A stretch of DNA of 64,000 nt from Patescibacteria group bacterium (GCA_038065395.1 JBBTRB010000003.1:85800-149799); one strand, 5' to 3'; numbered from the stretch's first letter, positions 1 to 10,026 are shown. Numbers and translations are program-made. The notes: generated by a model not told the origin, from the sequence alone.

Positions 1-319
1 GCTGATCTTCATGTATTTCATGTTCGAAGACTTTGATATATTTTTTGTGTATCCAGTTGTGATCATTGCTCCTAATTTCGGCAGTATCATGGAAAAGACT
101 CATCATCACGGTTTTGTATGGATCGGCCCCTTCTTCTTTTGCCAAAAACCAACTTATAACTGCTACTCGATAGGAATGAGAAGCGATATTATCTGACATA
201 TCATCCGTCAAAAGTGCCTGTCTATGCATTCGCATAAGTTTTCGCATCGTACCAACTTCATAGAGAAAATTGACGATTTTGTGCTCTTTCTTATTTTTCT
301 TTATCTTTTGAGATTTCAT
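1..319 (-). CDS. HD-domain phosphohydrolase (YfbR-like); 3' part runs off the window start
   Basis: Manual minus-strand translation from the ATG at 319: MKSQKIKKNKKEHKIVNFLYEVGTMRKLMRMHRQ...HSYRVAVISWF...SLFHDTAEIRSNDHN. This shows the H..RVA and HD motifs. It is absent from the ORF track because it leaves the window. Confidence 0.5.
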   Translation of the reverse strand, partial: MKSQKIKKNKKEHKIVNFLYEVGTMRKLMRMHRQALLTDDMSDNIASHSYRVAVISWFLAKEEGADPYKTVMMSLFHDTAEIRSNDHNWIHKKYIKVFEHEIHEDQ

Positions 320-353
320 ATCCAATTTCAAATGACCTACTTTTTTATATCTG

Positions 354-425
354 TGCCCCCGCGTGGAATCGAACCACGAATTACGGCTTAGAAGTCCGCA
401 GTTATATCCATTTAACTACAGGGGC
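354..425 (-). tRNA. tRNA-Arg (anticodon TCT)
   Basis: Hand fold of reverse complement GCCCCTGTAGTTAAATGGATATAACTGCGGACTTCTAAGCCGTAATTCGTGGTTCGATTCCACGCGGGGGCA. It has a 7-bp acceptor stem, a D stem, the T-loop GGTTCGATTCC and anticodon loop CTTCTAA. Confidence 0.7.
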
Positions 426-553
426 AAAATGAGTAAAAAGTGCGAAGTCAAAAGTCAAAAGACTCATACATCCGCACAATCACAGACTACCACGTACACC
501 TAAAAGCTCAAATGAGTAGGAAAAATGGAGCAAATGGAGATCGTGGACTAGCT

Positions 554-898
554 CTACAACGACGGATCACCAAATCCTCCATACCCCTTGATCAACACAG
601 CGCGCTCGGCAGCACGAGCAGAGAACCGTTCGATGATGCTCTGGAGTGTGGCTTCGTCGATCGTCTCTGGCTTCTTGGCAGTGTCGAGGTTGGATGCATC
701 GGAGAGACGATGTTCGCGTGTCATATAGGCATATCCACCCAAGGCAATGAGAGCGAGCGTGATCACAACCACCGTACCGAACATGCCACCCCAGTCCATA
801 TATGGATCACGACCGATACGGTGGAAGAACCCGCCACGCGTCGAGTTGAGCACTGCGCTGTTGGTACTATTCTTTTTGTGTGAGAAAAATGATTTCAT
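554..898 (-). CDS. hypothetical membrane protein (last gene of the pilM/N/O-like operon)
   Basis: ORF track, 114 aa. It has one hydrophobic helix and is packed tightly behind the pilO-like gene. Confidence 0.35.
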   Translation of the reverse strand: MKSFFSHKKNSTNSAVLNSTRGGFFHRIGRDPYMDWGGMFGTVVVITLALIALGGYAYMTREHRLSDASNLDTAKKPETIDEATLQSIIERFSARAAERAVLIKGYGGFGDPSL

Positions 899-902
899 AT
901 GA

Positions 903-1469
903 TTATGGATTGCGCGCAGGTGAAGACGACGCTTTGGACAGGAGCACCTCTACGGTGAAGGTTGCTCTCCATGAGCGTCCTTTGGCCGGCTCGGCCGAAG
1001 AGTCCAGACGTGCATCGCGTATCGTCACTGCATACGGGAGATTCTCAGTCAATGACAGTGCTCTCATGACTCCCGTCCAAGTGCCCGTCACCTGGACACT
1101 GGCACGAGCAAGCCCGTATATACTCCCCTCTATTTCTCCCGGTGCAACATCACTCAACCCCGAAAGCGACACGACACTCCCTGACTGTGGCCCAAGAGCC
1201 TCGAGCGCCTCGATGAATTCAACCACACGATCTGCAGGGATCAGGAACTTCGCAAGCGCTTTGCGATCGTCGAGGGTGCGTGCATGCAAAGCCTTCACGT
1301 CTTCTTCACGGCCACTGTTGGCTCGCTCGAGAGCTACAATGTCACGCGCTGTTGCGGCACGTTGGATCGATACGGTGACTACGTAGTGCATATAGGCGTA
1401 CACACCGATCACCAAAGTGACTACCGATATCGCCAGGAACAATAGGAATAAGTGATGATTTTTCTTCAT
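903..1469 (-). CDS. type IV pilus assembly protein PilO-like
   Basis: 188 aa with an N-terminal transmembrane helix. It overlaps the upstream PilN-like gene by 4 nt; position in the pilM-pilN-pilO order supports the call. Confidence 0.4.
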   Translation of the reverse strand: MKKNHHLFLLFLAISVVTLVIGVYAYMHYVVTVSIQRAATARDIVALERANSGREEDVKALHARTLDDRKALAKFLIPADRVVEFIEALEALGPQSGSVVSLSGLSDVAPGEIEGSIYGLARASVQVTGTWTGVMRALSLTENLPYAVTIRDARLDSSAEPAKGRSWRATFTVEVLLSKASSSPARNP

Positions 1470-2008
1470 TTGAATGTTTGGGTGATCCTCATCGAGAATA
1501 CGAGGTCTTTACTCTTGGCCAAATCCGAGACTGGTAGTTCAACCGCACCGCCAGGGACGAGCTCTTCGAGGCGTGCCTTGAAGGCAAGGAGCGTGTCGCG
1601 GTTCGGTGCAACTCCTTGGATGATGACCTCGAGTGCATCAGGTACCGGACTATTGACCGAGATCGAGTTGAGCTTGACTGTCCCACGAACACCGACAACA
1701 CTCTGGATACTGACCGACGGACGTGGAGTCTTGGGTACCTGCGACAATGCATTGATCGTATGGTTGTCACGCTGGAAGTCGAGCTCGAGTGTCGTCACAC
1801 TGATGTCCTCTGCATCTTTCTTGATCGACTTCAACAACTCGAACTGAGTTTCTTCTTCATGAACCGCAAAGAGGAATGTTGGGAAGAGTGTCCCTACTCC
1901 GATCAATCCTGACACCGACACAAGGAAACAAAATACGATGAATACGCGGATGCGATACTCTCGCCTGAGGATGCTGCGCTCTTTACTTGGAAGGAGTGTG
2001 TGTTGCAT
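1466..2008 (-). CDS. type IV pilus assembly protein PilN-like
   Basis: 180 aa with a single N-terminal transmembrane helix, immediately downstream of the PilM-like gene. Confidence 0.45.
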   Translation of the reverse strand: MQHTLLPSKERSILRREYRIRVFIVFCFLVSVSGLIGVGTLFPTFLFAVHEEETQFELLKSIKKDAEDISVTTLELDFQRDNHTINALSQVPKTPRPSVSIQSVVGVRGTVKLNSISVNSPVPDALEVIIQGVAPNRDTLLAFKARLEELVPGGAVELPVSDLAKSKDLVFSMRITQTFK

Positions 2009-2011
2009 ATA

Positions 2012-2935
2012 TTAATGATCCATCGCCAGTCCCGCCGCGACCACGTAGGCCAGAGAATCATTCTTGGAGATCGGTGGTACATAGTGGTTGAGGTCGAGCG
2101 TATTTTGCCAGGTATTGGCGACGCCGATAGGGACTCGGATATCTTGAGAAGCATCGATCAGGGCATGTTCATGCTCCACGGCATCTTGGCCCACCAAGAC
2201 GATCCTACTGATCGACGACGTATTGCCCTCTCGAGAACCCCAGTAGGAATACACACGAGCGATCTCTCGCGACAAGAGGTCGGTATATGACGGATGACCT
2301 TCTTCGACCTGTATACGACTGCCGAGTCCGATCGTCGAAGTGAACGACACCACTCCCCCAGAGACGATATATATACCCGTCTTACGATTCATCATGTGCA
2401 AGATGAGGAGTGTTTCTTCCGAATGTGGAGGCACGATCGCACGTGCGATCGCTTTGGGAACAACTTCGAACGAGACTGGGAACAAGTTGGCCTTGGAGAG
2501 GAGTTCGATATGATGTTCGATATATGTACGAGGTACGACCGAGACACTAGCACGCAATACTCCACCGGTGACCGACATTGGCAAGAGATCGTAGTAGAAG
2601 ACTGCATCTGCCGCCGCCAAAGGTACGTTTTCTTCTAGTTTGAATTCGATATTCTGACGAATCTCATTGATCGTTCCTCCGGGCACATTGGTCTGGAAGA
2701 GGTAGGCTTTTTCTTCAGGGATAGAGACTTTCACATACGAGAGTCCGGCTTTCTTGCCAAAATCGACCAGAAGGTCGGTGAACTTTTGAGTGTCTTTGAT
2801 GTCGCCATCTTGGATGACATTCTCTGGTACTGATAGTGCCGAGAATGTGCCGATGATCTCTTTGCCGCCCGCAGAATGCGCGTACTTGAGACAATGGATC
2901 TCGTCATCAGAAATATCGAGACCAGCATGCCTCAT
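2012..2935 (-). CDS. pilM: type IV pilus assembly protein PilM (actin-like ATPase fold)
   Basis: ORF track 2012-2986. Start chosen at MRHAGLDISDDEIHC (ATG at 2935), which matches the PilM N-terminus GLDIGS pattern; the upstream ATG at 2986 is an alternative. Confidence 0.6.
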   Translation of the reverse strand: MRHAGLDISDDEIHCLKYAHSAGGKEIIGTFSALSVPENVIQDGDIKDTQKFTDLLVDFGKKAGLSYVKVSIPEEKAYLFQTNVPGGTINEIRQNIEFKLEENVPLAAADAVFYYDLLPMSVTGGVLRASVSVVPRTYIEHHIELLSKANLFPVSFEVVPKAIARAIVPPHSEETLLILHMMNRKTGIYIVSGGVVSFTSTIGLGSRIQVEEGHPSYTDLLSREIARVYSYWGSREGNTSSISRIVLVGQDAVEHEHALIDASQDIRVPIGVANTWQNTLDLNHYVPPISKNDSLAYVVAAGLAMDH

Positions 2936-3014
2936 CACCAGGAACTTTGGTGGCGGGAACAGGCGAAAGAACGTCGACATATGCATGCGTACAAGTATAG
3001 CAAATAAATTCTGC

Positions 3015-3656
3015 TTAGTTTTCCCGAGGAGAGGAAAATGAACTCATCAACTCCTTCCTGTTGCGCCATATTTCACGAAGTGCTGGAAAGGACGAGACCG
3101 CGATGATCACGAGTACGACAGGGATAATATATCTGTCCGGATTGGGTATGAGCGATCCGAGTCCATAGCCGAGCCAGACCATCCCCCATGTCCACAGAAG
3201 TCCACCGATAACATTGAAAGCCAAGAATGTGCGGTAGTTCATGTTCCCTATTCCTGCCACAACCGGTGCGAAGGTACGGATGATCGGCATGAAACGTGCC
3301 AGGATGATCGTCTTCTTGCCATGCTTCTCATAGAACTGTTGTGCACGAGCGATATGTTTCTTGTTAAAAAAGAGAGAATCTTCCCGAGTAAAAATCGCGG
3401 GGCCGATCTTGCGTCCGATATGATATCCGACCGTGTCACCGACGACTGCCGCCAAGAATGTCCCGATGAGCAATCCCCACAGCGACACATAGCCTTGTGA
3501 TGCAAAGAATCCCGCCGTGAAAAGCAACGAATCTCCCGGCAAGAAAAACCCGATGAGAAGTCCCGTCTCGGTAAAGATGATGCCGATGACTCCGAGCGTC
3601 CCTACCGTAGAGATGATCGTGCTCGGATCGAGAAATGTGTGGAGGAAGTCGAACAT
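3015..3656 (-). CDS. DedA/SNARE-associated (VTT domain) membrane protein
   Basis: 213 aa, multi-TM, with typical DedA motifs (GLLIGFFLPGDSLLFTAG, RFMPIIRTFAPVVAG). Confidence 0.75.
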   Translation of the reverse strand: MFDFLHTFLDPSTIISTVGTLGVIGIIFTETGLLIGFFLPGDSLLFTAGFFASQGYVSLWGLLIGTFLAAVVGDTVGYHIGRKIGPAIFTREDSLFFNKKHIARAQQFYEKHGKKTIILARFMPIIRTFAPVVAGIGNMNYRTFLAFNVIGGLLWTWGMVWLGYGLGSLIPNPDRYIIPVVLVIIAVSSFPALREIWRNRKELMSSFSSPREN

Positions 3657-3659
3657 ATA

Positions 3660-4046
3660 TTATCCAGCCTGTGTGCCGGGAGGGATATCGCCATGCGGTT
3701 CGAGTAGTGAAAAAGCTCCCGCTTCTGTAGACACAGCGAAGATCATACCCTGACTCTCGAAGCCACGGATCGTGCGTGGTTCGAGGTTGGTGACGAACAT
3801 ACAGGTCTTGCCTGCAAGGATGGTGATATCAGGAAAATAGAGTGCAATCCCTGAAATGATCTGCCGAGGCTTCAAGACGACTTCCTTGGTTCCATCAGGT
3901 AGCAGGTTCTCGATCTTCTCGCCGAAGTCCACGGATAATTTCAAGAGTTTATCCGTGTCAGGAACTTTCTCAACAGAAAGGATCTTGCCTGCGCGTATTT
4001 CGACCTTTTTGAATTCATCGTAAGTGATCATGGGTGGATTATACAT
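3660..4046 (-). CDS. tRNA-binding protein (CsaA/EMAP-type OB fold)
   Basis: 128 aa: YDEFKKVEIRAGKILSVEKVPDTDKLLKLSVDFGE...MIFAV matches the CsaA/MetRS C-terminal tRNA-binding domain. Confidence 0.7.
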   Translation of the reverse strand: MYNPPMITYDEFKKVEIRAGKILSVEKVPDTDKLLKLSVDFGEKIENLLPDGTKEVVLKPRQIISGIALYFPDITILAGKTCMFVTNLEPRTIRGFESQGMIFAVSTEAGAFSLLEPHGDIPPGTQAG

Positions 4047-4053
4047 GAGAAAC

Positions 4054-4109
4054 GTAACTAGTAAAAAGTAACTCGAAAGATGCTTGTGATTTTCTAGTTA
4101 CGAGTTACT
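4054..4109. repeat. divergent copy of the GTAACTMG palindromic motif element (related to the 99-bp repeat at 41321 and 42049)
   Basis: Contains gtaactagtaaaaagtaactcg and ttctagttacgagttac, the same inverted half-sites as the 99-bp repeat. It lies directly upstream of the csaA-like start. Confidence 0.4.
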
Positions 4110-4118
4110 TATTACCTG

Positions 4119-4493
4119 TTACTTCTTGTCCAAATAACTCTGTAGTATCAACGCCGCAGCCGATGCATCCGTGAGCTCAGTCTTCCCCTGGAATCGTTCA
4201 GCTTGCACACTGGTCATGAACTCTGGTTCCCAGTGAACAACGAATCCTACCACCTCGAGACTCTTCTTGAGCTCAGTTGCCGCCGGCAAGATGGCATTTG
4301 CCCCGCCTTTGTAGTTTCGCGACTCCCCTATCACGATCTCTGTGACACCATTCTTCTCTGCAATCTCCTGTATTTCTGAAATAAGTTTCGCAGAAGTCGC
4401 GATCACGACTGCAGGAAATGCAAACTTCGCTTCTTCATCCGAAAGCGCGATACCGACTCTTTTGGTGCCATAGTCTATGCCGAGGAGTTTCAT
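4119..4493 (-). CDS. ruvX: Holliday junction resolvase-like protein RuvX/YqgF
   Basis: 124 aa: MKLLGIDYGTKRVGIALSD is the canonical YqgF N-terminus. Confidence 0.8.
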   Translation of the reverse strand: MKLLGIDYGTKRVGIALSDEEAKFAFPAVVIATSAKLISEIQEIAEKNGVTEIVIGESRNYKGGANAILPAATELKKSLEVVGFVVHWEPEFMTSVQAERFQGKTELTDASAAALILQSYLDKK

Positions 4494-4573
4494 AACAGAA
4501 CATTAACACGGTGCATATACTCTGACCAATTGCGAAACCATGACTTTTGCTTTATGATGGCAAAACACTCTTA

Positions 4574-4660
4574 GGATGGGTGGCTGAGCGGTTTAAGGCA
4601 ACAGTCTTGAAAACTGTCGTCCTCGCAAGGGGACCGTGAGTTCGAATCTCACCCCATCCG
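4574..4660 (+). tRNA. tRNA-Ser (anticodon TGA)
   Basis: GGATGGGTGGCTGAGCGGTTTAAGGCAACAGTCTTGAAAACTGTCGTCCTCGCAAGGGGACCGTGAGTTCGAATCTCACCCCATCCG. It has a long variable arm and anticodon loop CTTGAAA. Confidence 0.8.
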
Positions 4661-4731
4661 CAGATTATATAAAAGAAAATCCTCTCGACATTACATCGAG
4701 AGGACGAGATTACATGCAATCTCGAAAGTGA

Positions 4732-5391
4732 CTAGGATTTTGCAGTGGCTTTGAGTTCGGCAGCGTTCATCTGATCACGAACGCTCTGAAGCATCGACTT
4801 CCGATCGAACGACAGATCGATCTCATGAGCTCTGCCTGTAGCATTGTTCATCCGATCGCGAGCCTTCCTGATATGATCAGAAATGTTGAAATCAAACCTG
4901 ACAACACCCTTATCCTTGAGTTGCTGGAGAAACTCATCCCCGACGATTATCTGTCTGGCAAGATCACGCACATTTTCTTCAGCCAATTCTTTGGTGAGAA
5001 ACGAATCATCTCCATCGTACGACCGGAAGAGGTTGATGAGTTTCTTGAATTCATCCAACTGGGATTGAGCATCTTGGGAAGCAGTATGATACTTATCAAC
5101 CTGCCTACTAATCCATAAAATGATTCCAACGACGCTGATGCCGTATAACGCATGAATGATTCCAAACTCATATCCTGAGGGCGTGTACCTCAGAAGCACT
5201 ACGTTCAAGATGACGAGACCGGCAAGACCCAAGAGTATACTTATCGGGCAAAGGAAGTAAAACCTGTTACACTTGAGTCGATTTTCCTGATACACCCGCC
5301 CCACTTGCAACAGATTAACCCCGCTCTTCTTTTGATACGCATCGACCAACTCGGTAGACACACGACTGAGCATGTATTCGTTCTTATTCAT
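4732..5391 (-). CDS. hypothetical membrane protein
   Basis: 219 aa with two transmembrane helices; no recognisable domain. Confidence 0.4.
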   Translation of the reverse strand: MNKNEYMLSRVSTELVDAYQKKSGVNLLQVGRVYQENRLKCNRFYFLCPISILLGLAGLVILNVVLLRYTPSGYEFGIIHALYGISVVGIILWISRQVDKYHTASQDAQSQLDEFKKLINLFRSYDGDDSFLTKELAEENVRDLARQIIVGDEFLQQLKDKGVVRFDFNISDHIRKARDRMNNATGRAHEIDLSFDRKSMLQSVRDQMNAAELKATAKS

Positions 5392-5621
5392 TTTTCAATG
5401 CCTTTTTGAGGACCAAGGGGGTTCAATCCCATTTGTATGGATTTCGGCCCATACAAATACTTCTTGTATCCCGAACAGTTCGGCAGCTATTCTGTGTATA
5501 TTATAGCACACTGTATCCATACCTGTCAAATATATAAAGGCCTTAGCCTTGCAATTCAAATGACGAGGTCCGACCTTACCGAGGAACAATTCACATATCG
5601 ACACACACGCTCATCCTGCCA

Positions 5622-6098
5622 ATGCTATACTTATCCCATATGGAACCACTCATCTCCTGGCACGCACCTACCCACATCCACAGAGAGAAGCGCTCCGACT
5701 GGTATTGGGTCGTCGGTATCATCACACTGGCACTGGCGGCAGTGGCCTTTATGTTCGGCGAGGTTATCACCGGCATATTCGTGATCGTAGCGGCAGTTGC
5801 ACTGATCCTCCACGCCTCTCACCCACCACACACCGTCTCCTATCACATCAACGACCGTGGGATCCTGGCCAACGACACTCTCTATCCATTCCTGACACTA
5901 GAGTCGTTCTGTATCCCTCATGACCATGTGCCACCGAGATTGATCATCAAGTCACGCAAAGTATTCATGCCACTGATCGTCATATACATAGACGACGTCG
6001 AACCTGAAGAAGTCCGTCGCACACTCCTACGCTACATCGCCGAGACTGAACATCGTGAACCGATCCTGAAGTTGCTGTTGGAGAGGCTTGGGTTTTAA
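5622..6098 (+). CDS. hypothetical membrane protein
   Basis: 158 aa ORF with two transmembrane helices; it abuts the RhuM-family gene. Confidence 0.35.
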   Translation: MLYLSHMEPLISWHAPTHIHREKRSDWYWVVGIITLALAAVAFMFGEVITGIFVIVAAVALILHASHPPHTVSYHINDRGILANDTLYPFLTLESFCIPHDHVPPRLIIKSRKVFMPLIVIYIDDVEPEEVRRTLLRYIAETEHREPILKLLLERLGF

Positions 6099-6099
6099 A

Positions 6100-7119
6100 C
6101 TATTCGTTATTCTTAAGGATCTTTTTCACCTCCCTGTCGAAATCTGATTCGATCTTTTGATGTTTATTGAACTCTTTGTATTCCTCGATCGCTTTGGTAT
6201 CTGCATCCACCTTTGAGATCTGTCCTTTGCCAGCGAGGATTTTGTATTCGTTAAATGTCAGGAATTTATCGACACTCCCGGCGAACTCCTTCATGGTAAA
6301 CGTATTGTTACGTGCAATAAGACCTTCGATATAATCAAAAAAGCCTGTAACCGTCCGCTCGAGCTGTTTGATCTCGGATACTCCCAAATAATTCTTGGCG
6401 ATCGTCACGTCAGACTGCAACACTCTACCCTCCGGAGAGTTTTTCCATGTTGTAAGACCCATGTGTGGTGATCGTGCATTTGCCTTGGCGTGAATGATTT
6501 CCGGGCCAGTCTTGCCTGTTATAGCGAAGTGAAATTTGTTTTGTACCATGGCATAAAAATCCTGACTGACGGATGACTCGCGATCGTAGTCGATGCTACA
6601 TTCTGCAAAAATATCGGTGATCTGTTGGTACACTCGCCGTTCGCTCGCACGGATGGAACGTACACGCTCCAAAAGTTCTCGGAAATAATCCACGCTGAAT
6701 AGTTTTTTACCCTGTTTGAGCCTCTCATCGTCCAGTGCGAATCCTTTGATGATAAATTCTCGCAACACCTGGGTTGCCCATATACGAAACTGTGTGGCTC
6801 TTTTAGAGTTTACTCTGTAGCCTACGGCAATGACGGCATCGAGGTTGTAGTGTTGGGTATCGTACGATTTACCGTCATCTGCAGTTATCCGGAAAATCCG
6901 GACAACTGAATCTTCGCTCAATTCACTGCTTCTAAAGATGTTTTGAAGGTGTTCGCTGATCGTGCGCGTGTTGGCATCAAAAAGTTCGGCCATAAGCTTC
7001 TGAGTGAGCCAGACCATCTCTCCTTCTACACGAACCTCGATCTTGGGATTACCAGCCCCGGCAGTAAAGATCAGGAATTCGGCGGTGGTATTTCTTTGTA
7101 GGCCTTTATCATTCTTCAT
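6100..7119 (-). CDS. virulence RhuM family protein
   Basis: 339 aa: VWLTQKLMAELFDANTRTISEHLQNIF...DGKSYDTQHYNLDAVIAVGYRVNSKRATQFRIWATQVLREFIIKGFALDDERL matches the conserved RhuM core. Confidence 0.75.
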   Translation of the reverse strand: MKNDKGLQRNTTAEFLIFTAGAGNPKIEVRVEGEMVWLTQKLMAELFDANTRTISEHLQNIFRSSELSEDSVVRIFRITADDGKSYDTQHYNLDAVIAVGYRVNSKRATQFRIWATQVLREFIIKGFALDDERLKQGKKLFSVDYFRELLERVRSIRASERRVYQQITDIFAECSIDYDRESSVSQDFYAMVQNKFHFAITGKTGPEIIHAKANARSPHMGLTTWKNSPEGRVLQSDVTIAKNYLGVSEIKQLERTVTGFFDYIEGLIARNNTFTMKEFAGSVDKFLTFNEYKILAGKGQISKVDADTKAIEEYKEFNKHQKIESDFDREVKKILKNNE

Positions 7120-7254
7120 ACAAAGACTATTATACCACGCGACTCAAAATACTCAGGGCTTTCTCGGTGACATTGGTCGGAGAAGTTTGGGTTTTAAATA
7201 AAAATTCGGCCACCAGTTGCTTGGTGACCGATTATCTTTAGTGAGAAGAGCACC

Positions 7255-7515
7255 CTAATCAGGATGGGCCTTGCAATAAGGTTCATCCCAATCCTCTGGG
7301 CCACCTCCTCCTGACGCTTGACGATAGTGGTCAAAATTCAAAAAACGGATCTCTTTATCCTCTTTCGGAATTATATTTTCCGAATTTGCCACGATCATTG
7401 TTGAGCCTTCGGGTATCTTCGAGCCACAACAATTGCACTTTTTGTCATCACCGACCACCGTTTTCTCGAAATAGAAACCTATTTCTCTTTTCTCAAATCT
7501 TTTAACATCTGACAT
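7255..7515 (-). CDS. hypothetical small protein with a CxxC motif
   Basis: 86 aa ORF; contains KKCNCCGSKIP. Confidence 0.3.
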   Translation of the reverse strand: MSDVKRFEKREIGFYFEKTVVGDDKKCNCCGSKIPEGSTMIVANSENIIPKEDKEIRFLNFDHYRQASGGGGPEDWDEPYCKAHPD

Positions 7516-7642
7516 ATCCTGAGTTTGGTGAATTGTTTCAGGTCACCACGGCCTCCTTTCAAGAGCCAGCCTTATTTTTCAAAAACTGTTCTCAGTTAAA
7601 CATAATAGAGGTGTCTTGTCAAAAATCAAGGAATCAGTACCT

Positions 7643-8650
7643 TTATACGGGCAACATATCCCGCACCCCCTCCGCATTTAGTGTATACGCCCTGACGAAT
7701 GAGTCGTCTACATGAGCATACAGTACACCTTCGTCTTTCGTCGTCTGTACGAATTGACTTGCGAAAGTTATCGTCCGAGCTTCTGTATCACGGATGAATG
7801 GTTCGGGAGAGACCCATTCTATGATTCCCTTCTCGTAGTTGTATATAAAAAGTCCTACAGAAAATATTCCGTATAAGGTCTGTGTGCCAACCTTCTTGTT
7901 CGCTTCTCGTCCATTCATAATACCCACAAGTCTCCCCTCTCCGATATCGATGAACTCCCTAGAGAAAAGTGGTCCTGGAGATGCATGTCCCCCGATCCAC
8001 GGGATAGCGTGTTCTTTGGGATGGAAAAGTATGCCACCGAACTTCCACGGTTTCCCCATATCTTCGGCAACGGCAAGTCTCACTACAGAATACGTAAAGT
8101 CACTTTCCTTCTTGCTGGATTCGACCAGGTTGAGACGAATACCATTCGTATTCACCGGAGCAACCGACAACTCTTTGGCACCTCCGATAGAATCTGCAAG
8201 GAGTGTGGGCTCGGTCATCTCGAGCGAATCCAGATCTCTCCCAACCGCATGACCGAGATGGATCTTGTTCTTGCTGTGATGTGCATGGTCGATCAGTGGC
8301 AAGGTGAAGTAGAGATGCAAAAAGCCACTAGCATGATCGACCCATATATCCGGATCTTCCAGACCGATGAAGTCGAGGTTACCCTTGAGACTCTCAGTCA
8401 CTTCGGCTTCGTGTTTGATCTCGAGTCTCTCTCCTATCTCGAAACTTCCCTGAGCGTTCTTCTTGATCTTATGGAGCTCGCTCCTGTCGACATATCCACT
8501 GACTGACACATCACCTTCTCTACTGGTAATGCAACGGATCACACCTTCCTGATGATCTGTTCGTGGATCGAGTGCGATGGCCATGACATGAGTGAAGGTC
8601 GAGTCTGTCTGCACTACTTTGCCTTCGTGTTGGATGTAGGGAGTGTTCAT
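7643..8650 (-). CDS. hypothetical beta-propeller protein, possibly GH130/DUF377 glycosidase-like
   Basis: 335 aa: GLEDPDIWVDHASGFLHLYFT resembles the EDPR..Y.M.YT segment of GH130-family enzymes. This is a weak assignment. Confidence 0.4.
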   Translation of the reverse strand: MNTPYIQHEGKVVQTDSTFTHVMAIALDPRTDHQEGVIRCITSREGDVSVSGYVDRSELHKIKKNAQGSFEIGERLEIKHEAEVTESLKGNLDFIGLEDPDIWVDHASGFLHLYFTLPLIDHAHHSKNKIHLGHAVGRDLDSLEMTEPTLLADSIGGAKELSVAPVNTNGIRLNLVESSKKESDFTYSVVRLAVAEDMGKPWKFGGILFHPKEHAIPWIGGHASPGPLFSREFIDIGEGRLVGIMNGREANKKVGTQTLYGIFSVGLFIYNYEKGIIEWVSPEPFIRDTEARTITFASQFVQTTKDEGVLYAHVDDSFVRAYTLNAEGVRDMLPV

Positions 8651-9858
8651 TTTTTTATTTTATTCAAGACAAAGATACTTACAACCAAGAGTACCGCGAG
8701 TGATATTATTCCTGATTGGTACCCTCGAGCCCCTTCCCCCATAGCGATGAGGGCGACACTCCACACCATCGGTCCGATAAGTGTGGCGAATCGTTCGGCG
8801 ACGACATAATAACTATACGAGGAAGCAGTCAGGTGCTGAGGAGAAAGTTCTCCTACGAGCGAGCGACTTATCGCCCACACGGGACCATATAATATTCCTG
8901 CGAAAAGAAAGAGTGGTACCAATAGTTTGAAGTTCGTAATAAGTACCATACACAGGAAGATGAGACACCAGACACTGAGAATTAGTTTCAATGTTTTGAG
9001 ATTCCCTTTCTTGTCTGCGATCTTGCCAAATACAAGTGCTCCAAGTGCAGCCAAAACGAGGATGGATGCCGATAAGATCGATTTGGTCGTATCAGTAACT
9101 CCGTGAACCACTTCCAGATAGAGTGGAAAATTATTGGAAAATGTCAGTAGCGCATCACTGAACAAGAAATATCCGATGAAAAATAGTGCGAGTGCCTTGT
9201 GAGAAAATACTTCTTTGAACAGAAGAAAGATATTGGACGAATTGCCGATCTTGGAAGTCCTTGCGGAAATTTTATCTTCTCTGTAAGAAATGAGCATCGG
9301 CAATGACAACAACCCGAAAACGAGTGTGGCTGGGAGAAGAGCCTGTGCCCTTCCCGGGTCACCGAACAGTGTGATCCCATTTGCAAATGGCAACGCAATC
9401 AATATTCCGAAAACTTGTCCGATGGAATTGGCACCTTGACCAATACCTGATTTCCAGGATCGATCACTACCGTCCGATAAGTCGTTCAGCATTGGTGTGA
9501 AGTACAAAAAGCAGACGAGATACGCATATGTAGAAAGCGTATACAAAACCGTGACCAGAATCTCGGCATCACCAGAAAGCATGACAAGGAGAGATACTAC
9601 GACATAACCAATGAATGCGAGGAGTGACCAGAATCTAAGACCTTTTATTTTTGACTTGCCCGCATCAATCCTCTTGCTCACGATAGGAGCCGTAATAATG
9701 AAAAGTGCCGACGAAATGATGAGTGCCAGGTTATACCACCATGCCGGCTTCCCTTGATCAATCACCAACCACTGAGAAAAGTAAAAGAGGAAAGCTATCA
9801 AAACGATCGAATTTGCAAAATCATAGAGAGACCACAAAAATAGGTTCTTTTTGTTCAT
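8647..9858 (-). CDS. MFS transporter
   Basis: Twelve predicted transmembrane helices. Start moved to MNKKNLFLWSLYDF (ATG at 9858) because the longer ORF runs into the tRNA at 9893-9965. Confidence 0.7.
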   Translation of the reverse strand: MNKKNLFLWSLYDFANSIVLIAFLFYFSQWLVIDQGKPAWWYNLALIISSALFIITAPIVSKRIDAGKSKIKGLRFWSLLAFIGYVVVSLLVMLSGDAEILVTVLYTLSTYAYLVCFLYFTPMLNDLSDGSDRSWKSGIGQGANSIGQVFGILIALPFANGITLFGDPGRAQALLPATLVFGLLSLPMLISYREDKISARTSKIGNSSNIFLLFKEVFSHKALALFFIGYFLFSDALLTFSNNFPLYLEVVHGVTDTTKSILSASILVLAALGALVFGKIADKKGNLKTLKLILSVWCLIFLCMVLITNFKLLVPLFLFAGILYGPVWAISRSLVGELSPQHLTASSYSYYVVAERFATLIGPMVWSVALIAMGEGARGYQSGIISLAVLLVVSIFVLNKIKK

Positions 9859-9892
9859 GGGATGAATTATATCATTCCCTTGCCCCTTTTTG

Positions 9893-9965
9893 TGCCCTCG
9901 GTAGGAATCGAACCTACATTGCAGGATCCGCAATCCTGCGTCCTATCCATTGAACGACGAGGGCG
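9893..9965 (-). tRNA. tRNA-Arg (anticodon GCG by manual fold)
   Basis: Reverse complement GCCCTCGTCGTTCAATGGATAGGACGCAGGATTGCGGATCCTGCAATGTAGGTTCGATTCCTACCGAGGGCA. It has a 7-bp acceptor stem, the T-loop GGTTCGATTCC and anticodon loop TTGCGGA. Confidence 0.6.
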
Positions 9966-10026
9966 ATAAAAGTCAAATCACACATTCACAGACTAACACG
10001 TACACACAAAAGCTCAAACGAAGTGT

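Noticed and set aside
11-196. 61-aa plus-strand ORF at the window start
   Set aside because: It lies entirely antisense to a much better-supported HD-domain gene (ATG at 319, minus strand) with clear H..RVA and HD motifs. It is a shadow ORF.
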